Shown: positions 1-8,400 of the stretch, piece after piece
How the letters are laid out: each line of letters begins with the position of its first letter
How positions within the stretch are numbered: position 1 is the stretch's first letter
Assembly (NCBI GenBank): GCA_002325615.1
Contig: DCSL01000020.1
Span: 1,585 to 27,825, forward strand
Reading direction: 5' to 3'
Source: Amoebophilaceae bacterium UBA1467
Lineage (GTDB): Bacteria > Bacteroidota > Bacteroidia > Cytophagales > Amoebophilaceae
Length of the DNA: 26,241 nucleotides
The notes under the pieces: model-generated
What the model was told of the DNA's origin: nothing
Database searches by the model: none
What the model saw: only the letters and a program-made list of their open reading frames with translations
Position numbers and translations under genes: made by a program

Positions 1-29
1 TCACTTATATAGCCAACCAATCCAGAAAA

Positions 30-569
30 ATGTCTCAAGTAAAATCAACAACAGTGCTTGCTGTCATGCACAATAATGAGGTAGCCATTGGTGCAGATGG
101 GCAGGCTACCCTGGGCAACACTATAGCCAAAAGCAACGTCAGAAAGCTAAGAAAACTGCTAAACGGCAAGATTATAACAGGCTTTGCCGGGTCTACAGCA
201 GATGCATTTACGCTGCTAGACCGTTTTGATGAAAAACTACAGAGCTATGCAGGCAACATGAAACGCGCTGCTATTGAGCTAGCCAAGGATTGGCGCATGG
301 ACCGTTACCTGAGGAGACTAGAAGCCATGCTGATCGTGGCGAACAAAGAAGAATTGCTTATTGTCTCTGGAACAGGAGATGTTATAGAACCTGACAACCA
401 AATTGCTGCGATAGGGTCTGGTAGTATGTATGCTCAGTCAGCAGCTGTTGCCCTCAAGAAGCATGCTCCTCACCTAAGCGCAAAAGAGATCGTTCAAGAA
501 AGCCTCACCGTGGCAGCAGACATCTGCATCTACACCAACCATAACATCGTCATCGAAAAGCTTGCTTAA
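30..569 (+). CDS. hslV: ATP-dependent protease peptidase subunit HslV (ClpQ)
   Basis: 179 aa. Short propeptide then catalytic N-terminal STT (KSTTVLAV); GDGQ-like ADGQATLG, GFAGSTADAFTL and AAIGSGSMYA motifs; C-terminal AADICIYTNHN. All typical of HslV. Confidence 0.96.
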   Translation: MSQVKSTTVLAVMHNNEVAIGADGQATLGNTIAKSNVRKLRKLLNGKIITGFAGSTADAFTLLDRFDEKLQSYAGNMKRAAIELAKDWRMDRYLRRLEAMLIVANKEELLIVSGTGDVIEPDNQIAAIGSGSMYAQSAAVALKKHAPHLSAKEIVQESLTVAADICIYTNHNIVIEKLA

Positions 570-807
570 AATGTTGGCACATTATCAGGCTTCAGACAAT
601 AAGCCTTGCTATTGTCATAGGGCCAGACCCTATAAATTTCCAAAAAGTATGAGCTGTGCACACTACCGATCCCTTGTGCCTTTCACATAAATTTTTTTCG
701 TATCTGCAGATGCATCAAATAGAAAAATTTGCGAATGCCATACTTTTTTATTAAAAAGGACTCTGGACTAATTAATAAGAAGAAATACAAATAATACACA
801 ATTGGCT

Positions 808-2139
808 ATGCAAACCGCCCTTACCAGAGAACAGAAAAGAGCTATAGGATTGTTGTCGATAGGAACATTCCTAGAGTATTTTGACCTTCAGCTGTATATC
901 CACATGGCATTGCTCCTGAACAATGTCTTCTTTGCCAAGACCGACCCCTTCAATGCCGCATTATTATCGGCATTTGCATTCTGCTCTACCTATTTACTGA
1001 AACCTTTTGGAGCACTTATATTCGGCTATATCGGAGATTTTATTGGTAGGAAGCTGGTCATAGTGATCACCACCATCATCATGGCGATCACTTGTACTAC
1101 CATCACTTTTTTACCATCCTATGCCCAGATAGGCATTACGGCTTCTATAGTTATTACAATGTGTCGTATGCTGCAAGGCATGGCGGCCAGTGCCGAATCT
1201 AGGGGCGCAGAAATTTACATTACCGAGAGTTTCAACCCACCCCTGCAATATCCTCTGGTGGCCATCATTACAGTTTTTTCTGCAGTGGGTACCAGTATGG
1301 CGCTGGGGATAGGATCTTTTTTTACGAATGAGCGTATTTTTGGTACAGAACATGAGTATTGGAGAGTAGCCTTTTTATTGGGTGCTATCATAGGACTGGT
1401 TGGCGGAGCTGCCAGAACCAGTTTAAAGGAGGCGTCAGAATTTTCCCATAAAAAGAAGATGTTGAAAGCGAGATTTTCTGACAACAAAATAGCTTGGGAT
1501 GAGGACCTTGTGAAGAATAAATTTGATCAACAAAAAGTCTCTTTGACCTCTTTGGCATACTTCTTCATATGCTGTGCAAGGTCGCCTTGCTTCTATTTTA
1601 TTTATATCTACTGCGCAGATGTACTGAAGAACGATCTGGCCCTCTCGGCAAGTGCCATCATTTATCACAATTTCTGGGTATCCATTGTGGATATGCTCGG
1701 GTTGCTTTTTCTAGCCTATCTTAGCAGCAAGGTATATCCTATACGCATACTAAAAGCAAAATTCATTTTGTTCTTTGCGTGCATTGTTTTTTTCCCCATA
1801 GTGATGCATAGCTATCCCAGCGAAAGTGTCGTTTTTTTCTTTCAGTGCCTAGCTGCCCTGTTTGTATTCGACGACATACCTGCCAGCCCGATATTTTATA
1901 GACACTTCCCAATCATGAAAAGATTTACCTACACTAGCCTACTAAGTGCACTAGCCAAGTTAATGACTTACGTGATCACTTCATTTGGTCTCGTATACGC
2001 TACCAAGTATTTCGGATACTATGGGATATTTGTCATATTAGTTCCAGTAGGGGGGCTATACTATTTAGCAGTCAGGTATTTTGACAGACTAGAAGGGGCA
2101 AAACAGGCCTTTCATCAAATACACTCTCCCTCTTCTTGA
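808..2139 (+). CDS. MFS transporter, ProP-like (MHS family), Rickettsia-type
   Basis: ATG at 808 (ORF track starts at TTG 802). N-terminus LTREQKRAIGLLSIGTFLEYFD; MFS motif A region FGYIGDFIGRK; CRMLQG; about 12 hydrophobic segments. Confidence 0.9.
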   Translation: MQTALTREQKRAIGLLSIGTFLEYFDLQLYIHMALLLNNVFFAKTDPFNAALLSAFAFCSTYLLKPFGALIFGYIGDFIGRKLVIVITTIIMAITCTTITFLPSYAQIGITASIVITMCRMLQGMAASAESRGAEIYITESFNPPLQYPLVAIITVFSAVGTSMALGIGSFFTNERIFGTEHEYWRVAFLLGAIIGLVGGAARTSLKEASEFSHKKKMLKARFSDNKIAWDEDLVKNKFDQQKVSLTSLAYFFICCARSPCFYFIYIYCADVLKNDLALSASAIIYHNFWVSIVDMLGLLFLAYLSSKVYPIRILKAKFILFFACIVFFPIVMHSYPSESVVFFFQCLAALFVFDDIPASPIFYRHFPIMKRFTYTSLLSALAKLMTYVITSFGLVYATKYFGYYGIFVILVPVGGLYYLAVRYFDRLEGAKQAFHQIHSPSS

Positions 2140-2746
2140 TGTCACTTGCTGCAACTACCCCCAATTCGATATTCAACTTTAGGCATTCTGTGTACAGGTG
2201 TGTGCCGTGCTGGCTTAAAGAAAATTCTTCAGCAAGAATCAAGAAGTTTCTTATGGTTTCAGCTATTTTTTCTTTTTTCTTTTTTTCGGGTAAGCAACGA
2301 ATTGTACGTATGTTATGGAGCCTATCAATGGTTTTTATTAGAATCACTTCTCTATCATTATTTTGATGGGCATAACGCAGCATTGCCTCCACGCTTAACT
2401 TACTTTTATCAGGTCTATCACGAGTAAGCCTGTCTACCATTTCAGCTACTCGCCACCCAAAACTGTCTAGGACCATGCCTATGGTAACCTCTGTATCTTC
2501 AACGATATCGTGTAGTATACTGGCAACAATTACATCGGTTTTTAGGCTATCATCAGCCACCATATAGGCTACCTCCAACACATGGGTATAAAAAGGCTCT
2601 CCGCTTTTTCTCACCTGGACACCATGGTATTTTTTGGCCCAGTGAATAGCATTATTGATTAAATCAAAGTTTAGTACGCCCCCTTCCTCTAAATCTAGGG
2701 ATTTAAGTTTTTCAATTAATCTGATCGAGTATGTGCAAGTAAGCAT
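2072..2746 (-). CDS. Stand-alone RelA/SpoT-type HD-domain hydrolase (small alarmone hydrolase-like)
   Basis: 224 aa with YHGVQVRKSGEPFYTH, ILHDIVEDT and IKTIDRLHNIRT, the ordered RSH hydrolase motifs. No synthetase, TGS or ACT region. Confidence 0.9.
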   Translation of the reverse strand: MLTCTYSIRLIEKLKSLDLEEGGVLNFDLINNAIHWAKKYHGVQVRKSGEPFYTHVLEVAYMVADDSLKTDVIVASILHDIVEDTEVTIGMVLDSFGWRVAEMVDRLTRDRPDKSKLSVEAMLRYAHQNNDREVILIKTIDRLHNIRTIRCLPEKKKKEKIAETIRNFLILAEEFSLSQHGTHLYTECLKLNIELGVVAASDIKKRESVFDERPVLPLLVCQNT

Positions 2747-3193
2747 AAAGATTTATTTACTAAGCTTTTTTGACTAAAATTATCATAAAATTTATATTTT
2801 AGGACAAAAAGTAAATTTTTAGCATGAATCTTAGCTGCTCGAGCAAGTAGACTTTCTTGTCGATACGTACGACTTGCTTTTGGGTTCCTATCATTATAGT
2901 ACCTTTTCTGGCAGGCGTGTATCGCATTACTTTGGTTGGTAGCTACATGGATCAATGTCAGATCTGAGTAACCACACAATACAGATGTGGGTTCTTTCTA
3001 GCTGCGGTGCTTGTACTGGGCGAAATGCTGCCAAGTTGCAATAGCAACCCGGATAAAAGCATTTGCATAATACCCCAAGCACTTCCCCAACAACGTAGCT
3101 GCCTTCGGCAAGGTTGCGTGGGAGCACTACTTTGGCGATGATGTGTAGTAGGTTAGGAGACTTTAGTAGCCCGGAGTCGCTGGGCAAGGGATG

Positions 3194-3267
3194 TGGAGAA
3201 TATCGGAGTCGAACCGATGACCTTCTGCGTGCAAGGCAGACGCTCTAGCCAGCTGAGCTAATTCCCC
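3194..3267 (-). tRNA. tRNA-Ala(TGC)
   Basis: Reverse complement is GGGGAATTAGCTCAGCTGGCTAGAGCGTCTGCCTTGCACGCAGAAGGTCATCGGTTCGACTCCGATATTCTCCA. Anticodon stem TCTGC/GCAGA, loop CTTGCAC, G3:U70 alanine determinant, TTCGA T-loop, discriminator A. CCA is not encoded. Confidence 0.97.
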
Positions 3268-3314
3268 AAATTGATTTACGCATAGACGGGAAAACCCGTT
3301 ACATCACAGCGCAG

Positions 3315-3346
3315 CAAATATACGTCTGCCGTTCTAAAAAACGCAA
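3315..3346 (-). promoter_or_regulatory. Bacteroidota sigma-A promoter for tRNA-Ala (-7 TATATTTG, -33 TTG)
   Basis: Plus-strand CAAATATA at 3315-3322 reads TAnnTTTG on the minus strand. Plus-strand CAA at 3344-3346 reads TTG after a 21-nt spacer. It lies about 50 nt upstream of the tRNA. Confidence 0.5.
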
Positions 3347-3381
3347 TTCCAACCCCAAACATAATTCCAGGTAGGAGCGAT

Positions 3382-4764
3382 TTATGTATACAGCGCAGCC
3401 AAGTGCTTGTAAAAGGTAATAACAGTATCAATGCCCTTAAAAAAGTTAGCCAACCCAAAGTGTTCATTGGGTGAGTGGATGGCATCTGAATCTAGGCCAA
3501 AACCCATGAGCACAATGTCGCAGTCTAGGACTTCCTTGAACTGTGCAACAATAGGAATACTTCCTCCATCTCTCGTTAGCACAGGACTTTTTTTCCAAAC
3601 GTCTTCAAAGGCCTTTTTAGCTGCTTGCAAAGCGACCGAATTTCTATTAACCACTACAGCATTGCTACCCGCATGGACCACTTTCACTTGTACCTTGGCG
3701 CCTTTTGGAACGAGTGCGGTAAAGTAATTAGTGAATTGGGCAATGATCTCTTGGGCCTCTTGATGGGGAACAAGGCGCATGGAGAGCTTGGCGTGTGCTT
3801 TTGAGGGCAAGACTGTTTTTCCTCCTTCACCTGTATAGCCTCCCCAAATACCATTGATATCCAAAGAGGGCCTAATGCCAATGCGCTCTATCGTACTATA
3901 GCCTTGCTCTCCTATCACTGCCGCTATGCCAAGTGCTTCTTTGTACTTGGATAGTACAAAAGGAGTGTGATTGAGTGCAGTCCGATCTATCTCTGAGAGT
4001 ACTTCAACGCGGTCATAAAAGCCAGGAATAGTGATGCGATTGTGTGCATCTTTCAGCGAGGAAAGCATTTGACAGAGTATGTTAATGGGGTTACCGACCG
4101 CACCTCCATAAGTACCAGAGTGTAGGTCTCTGTTAGGCCCCGTAACCTCTACCTCTAAATAAACAATCCCCCTCAGCCCTGTTGTAAGCGAAGGCTGTTC
4201 TAAAGACGACAGGGCAGTGTCTGATACAAGCACAGCATCTGCCTGGAGCAAAGCATGGTTTTGTTGGTCTTTAAGAAAGTAAGTGAGGCTATCAGATCCA
4301 CTTTCCTCTTCCCCCTCAATCAGAAATTTGACATTGCAAGGTAGCTGCTTGGTAGCTATCAAGGTTTCCAAGGCTTTGATATGCATATACACCTGGCCTT
4401 TGTCATCAGAAGCACCCCTAGCATAAATTTTATCTTCTTTTACAACGGGATCAAAAGGCCGTGTCTCCCAGAGTTCATAAGGATCTGCTGGCTGAACGTC
4501 GTAGTGTCCATATACAAGCACTGTAGGCAGGCTTTTATCTACCATCTTTTCACCATATACCAAGGGACAGCCCTTAGTTTCGATCAACCTAGCCTGGTCA
4601 GTACCGGCCTCCAGAAGCTTTTGCTTAACAAACTCAGCTGCATTTTGTACGTCTTCGGCATATTCCCTTGAGGTACTCACTGAAGGGATGCGCAAAAAAT
4701 CCATCAACTCACCTAGAAACCGATTTTGGTGTGCTGCTATGTATTGTTTTGTATTCAACATCAT
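3382..4764 (-). CDS. M20/M25/M40 family metallopeptidase (dipeptidase, ArgE/DapE-like)
   Basis: Metal-ligand motifs YGHYDVQP, ARGASDDKG, EGEEESGS and IHSPNE; dimerisation-domain DLHSG. Start placed at ATG 4764 (ORF track extends to 4797). Confidence 0.92.
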   Translation of the reverse strand: MMLNTKQYIAAHQNRFLGELMDFLRIPSVSTSREYAEDVQNAAEFVKQKLLEAGTDQARLIETKGCPLVYGEKMVDKSLPTVLVYGHYDVQPADPYELWETRPFDPVVKEDKIYARGASDDKGQVYMHIKALETLIATKQLPCNVKFLIEGEEESGSDSLTYFLKDQQNHALLQADAVLVSDTALSSLEQPSLTTGLRGIVYLEVEVTGPNRDLHSGTYGGAVGNPINILCQMLSSLKDAHNRITIPGFYDRVEVLSEIDRTALNHTPFVLSKYKEALGIAAVIGEQGYSTIERIGIRPSLDINGIWGGYTGEGGKTVLPSKAHAKLSMRLVPHQEAQEIIAQFTNYFTALVPKGAKVQVKVVHAGSNAVVVNRNSVALQAAKKAFEDVWKKSPVLTRDGGSIPIVAQFKEVLDCDIVLMGFGLDSDAIHSPNEHFGLANFFKGIDTVITFYKHLAALYT

Positions 4765-4808
4765 ACGGTGTTTTTCCTGCTTGTCGTACGCGTACATAAT
4801 AGACTTGC

Positions 4809-4816
4809 CAAAGTTA
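4809..4816 (-). promoter_or_regulatory. Bacteroidota -7 promoter box (TAACTTTG) upstream of the dipeptidase
   Basis: Exact TAnnTTTG match in the intergenic gap. No properly spaced -33 TTG was found. Confidence 0.35.
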
Positions 4817-4881
4817 CCAATTCTTCTAGCAAGCCAGTGCCTGCAGCTTGGTACGCACTATTCCTCATTACAGCATAAGCC

Positions 4882-5334
4882 CTAAACGAGCGTATTGAAA
4901 CAAGGCATATCTTGTAACAATACATGGCTTCCCTTCTCATAGTCCAGCTGCCAGCAAAAATGCTCAATCCCATTGGTGATGACCAGTACCTGGGCATTAA
5001 AATGGGCATTGTAGCGTGCTATCTGCCCCCAAGTCTCGTTATTAATGTTAATATGGGGTGCCTTACACTCCACAAGCATCAAGGGCTTGGCCAACCGGTC
5101 ATACACCACGATGTCGGGGCGGTGCAGAAGACGATTGTACTGTACTCCCTGCTCCAGCCTAATCAACGCTTGGGGGTAAGCAAGATGACCTATCAAATAG
5201 TGCAAAAAATGCTGTCTTACCCATTCCTCAGATGTCAGCTGTACATACTTCTTGCGCACCACGTCAAAAATTTGGTAGCCTGTCTTGGAAGACTGGATCT
5301 TATACGAAAAAGCAGGAAGGTTCAGGGGCTGCAT
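4882..5334 (-). CDS. Type I restriction enzyme HsdR N-terminal domain-like protein (stand-alone, HSDR_N_2-type)
   Basis: LNLP..., IFDVVRKKYVQLTSEEWVRQH, RPDIVVY...LVECKAP and ITNG motifs match the Bacteroidota stand-alone HsdR_N family. No helicase, HsdM or HsdS nearby. Confidence 0.85.
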   Translation of the reverse strand: MQPLNLPAFSYKIQSSKTGYQIFDVVRKKYVQLTSEEWVRQHFLHYLIGHLAYPQALIRLEQGVQYNRLLHRPDIVVYDRLAKPLMLVECKAPHININNETWGQIARYNAHFNAQVLVITNGIEHFCWQLDYEKGSHVLLQDMPCFNTLV

Positions 5335-5413
5335 GGGGCCAATCTACGGCTTAATAGTTTTATCTTCGGTCTGATATGAGGGAGTAGTCGCTGGCTTCAA
5401 AAATACTGACAAT

Positions 5414-8400
5414 ATGAACACACGGCATAAAGCTTATGGCCTGCCTTGCGTTTTCCTACTGATCAGCATGCTATTTTCTGCTTATGCCCAAAATGATCGC
5501 AGTGAGCAGCAACAAGAAGCATGGGTAGACAATGTATTTCAGAGCCTTTCTGAAGAGCAACGTATTGCACAGCTTTTTTTGGTAGCGGCCTATGCTAACA
5601 AGGATGAAGCACATTATAGTGCTATTGAGGAGCTTATTCAACGTTATAACATTGGTGGACTTATCTTTTTTCAAGGAACCCCTATCAACCAAGTCGCGCT
5701 CACCAACCGCTATCAACAAACGGCTCCAACCCCGCTACTCATTGCCACGGATGCAGAATGGGGCTTAGGAATGCGCCTTGACGGTACGATCAGCTACCCT
5801 AAGCCAATGACGCTAGGGGCCCTGCAGGATGATACGTTGATCTACGACATGGGTACTGAAATTGCGCGGCAGCTCAAGCGAATAGGAGTGCACATCAACT
5901 TTGCTCCTGTCATGGATGTCAATAGCAATCCTAGCAACTCGGTGATTGGAGAAAGGTCCTTCGGGGAGTGCAAAGAAAAAGTAGCAGTCAAGGGAATTGC
6001 TTACATCAAGGGATTACAAGACCACGGTATTTTGGCTGTAGCCAAGCATTTTCCTGGCCATGGGGATACGAGCCAAGACTCCCACTACGCGTTGCCCACG
6101 ATTGCGCATGATCGGAACAGATTGGATGCGCTGGAGCTATTTCCTTTCAAGAAGGCCATTGCGGCAGGCATCCAAGGAATGATGGTCGCACACCTGCATG
6201 TGCCTGCTTATGATGCTACACCACAACGCGCCACGACGCTTTGTAAAAAAGTGGTTACAGACCTACTCAAGACTCAACTAGGGTTTCAGGGGTTGGTCTT
6301 TACCGATGCCTTAAACATGAAGGGAGTCAGTGCCCATCATCAGCCTGGAGAAGTTGATTTACTGGCCCTTCAGGCAGGCAACGATGTACTGGTATTTCCA
6401 GAAGATGTTTCCAAAGCTATTGCCCTTATTAGGCAAGCTATTCAGCAAAAAAAGCTGGATGGCCAGGCCATGAACGCAAAAGTAAAGCGCCTCTTACGAC
6501 TGAAATATCAGATGCAGTTGTCTACCTGGCAACCTATTGAAACGCAAAACCTAGAAGCACAACTACACACCCCCCAAGCACATCTGCTCAAACAGTTGTT
6601 GTTTGAGCAGGCGGTCACAGTTGTGGCTAACGAGGGTCGGTTGATTCCACTCAAAAATCTAGCATACCACAACATCGCTTGCTTGTCTATCGTCAATGAC
6701 GATGACACTAAAAAGCCCAAGGAAGCTGCTGCAACAGCAATGAGTACTACGCAGAGCTGTGGGCTTAGTGCAGCCGAACTGTTCCCTAGCATGCTCAAAA
6801 AATACGCACCCATGGCTCAACATACCCTGATCCGCGGGACAATCACGCCAGAAGCAGTCAACACACTGGCTAACAAGCTCAAGCAGTACCAAGTAGTCAT
6901 TGTAGGCATTCACGGCATGAGCGAAAAACGCAGCAGCAACTTTGGTCTCCAAACAGAGGAGTTGCAGTTACTAAAGTCCCTGGAAAAGGATACAGCACTC
7001 ATCATCGTTCCTTTCGGAAATGTATATAGCCTAGCGCACTTCCAAACATTCAAGCATGTTATTATGCCCTACGAAGATGACCCTGTAGCTGCCAAGATAG
7101 TGCCACAAATCATCTTTGGCGCCTTATCATCCAAGGGCACGCTGCCTGTCAGCATTCCAGGGGGTTGGGCAGCAGGCCAAGGCATCCGAACAGAAAAAAT
7201 ATCGCGGCTTGGCTATGCGCCTCCTGAGGCAGCAGATATGGACAGCCAAATACTTCAAACCATCGACGACATTGTGGAAAAAGCCATTGCTGAAGAATCA
7301 ATGCCCAGTTGCCAGGTGTTGGTGGCCCGAAAAGGGAAAGTGGTTTTTGACAAAAGTTACGGGTACCACACTGATGCAAAAAGAAAGCCCGTAACGCCCG
7401 ATACAATGTATGATATTGCTTCTGTTACTAAGGTCGTGGGGACCCTACAAGCACTGATGTATTTGGCTGGAACCGAGCAACTCAATATCAATAAAAAGCT
7501 TTCTTTTTACCTTCCCTCACTCAAAGGCACCAACAAAGGAGCTTTAAAGATTCGGCGCATTCTAGCCCACCAAGCAGGCCTGCCGGCTTATGTATGGGGC
7601 GAGATCAGGCAGACCTTATTCGATGCAAACGGCAGATTGAGAAAGGCATTATTCAGCACCCATCCTTCTCCTACCTATCAGCACCAGTTGGCTAGTGACT
7701 TATATGGAGCCACGTGGCTCAAAGAACTCGTATGGGACTGCTGCGTCAACACTGCATTAAGAGACAAAAGCTGGTTCAAGAGCTACAGTTATCAATACAG
7801 CTGCGTAGGTTTTTATTTCCTCCATCACCTGGCAGAAAAGCTGCTCGAACAACCCTTAGACAATTTTTTAGAAGCAACGTTTTATCGTCCTTTAGGACTG
7901 GCTACCCTAACGTACCATCCTTTGCATAAGTTGGCACAAGATCGTATGGCACCTACTGAAAAGGATAATTTTTTTAGACAAGACCTGCTTCAGGGCGTGG
8001 TGCACGACCTTATGGCCGCACTCTATGGCGGTGTAGCCGGCAATTCAGGGCTTTTTAGTAATGCGAATGACCTGGCTATCGTGCTACAGATGAACCTGCA
8101 GGATGGCTATTATGGAGACCAACGGTATCTCCAAAAAGGGGTGGTCCAATCATTTGCTAAAAAGAGTTTCAAGGACAATCGCAGAGGTTTGGGGGGGACA
8201 AATCGGACAAGCACAATGCCCCATCTACCGCTTCAGTACATGCCTCTGAAGACAGCTATGACCATAGTGGATTTACAGGGACAGCCGTTTGGTATACGAG
8301 GCCATGATGAGCCGGTTCGATGGTATGTAAAAAAATTGTCGCGCAACAAGTGCTATAGGTCACCCCTTTCATCACCCAATGATCAATGCCCAAATGCACA

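Larger units (their letters stand above)
570..3193. other. Putative horizontally acquired cargo segment (MFS + HD hydrolase) between hslV and the 3' end of tRNA-Ala
   Basis: Lies directly downstream of a tRNA 3' end. Both genes resemble rickettsial proP/spoT cargo. Hand-counted sample lines are more AT-rich (about 27-43% GC) than sampled core genes (about 43-55%). No integrase or att duplication was found. Confidence 0.35.

Noticed and set aside
30-569. hslV without an adjacent hslU
   Set aside because: Only 29 bp upstream are visible, and hslU and hslV are often unlinked in Bacteroidota; not informative.
688-730. AT-rich inverted repeat around an ATCTGCAGAT palindrome upstream of the MFS gene
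   Set aside because: The arms are mostly A/T runs with an imperfect interior; indistinguishable from chance.
2072-2746. toxSAS toxin-antitoxin module with the HD protein as antitoxin
   Set aside because: No small alarmone synthetase ORF (no RxKxxxS or ExQ motifs) on either strand nearby.
4882-5334. Restriction-modification or defence system
   Set aside because: Only the small HsdR_N-like domain is present; no helicase motor, methylase or specificity subunit.
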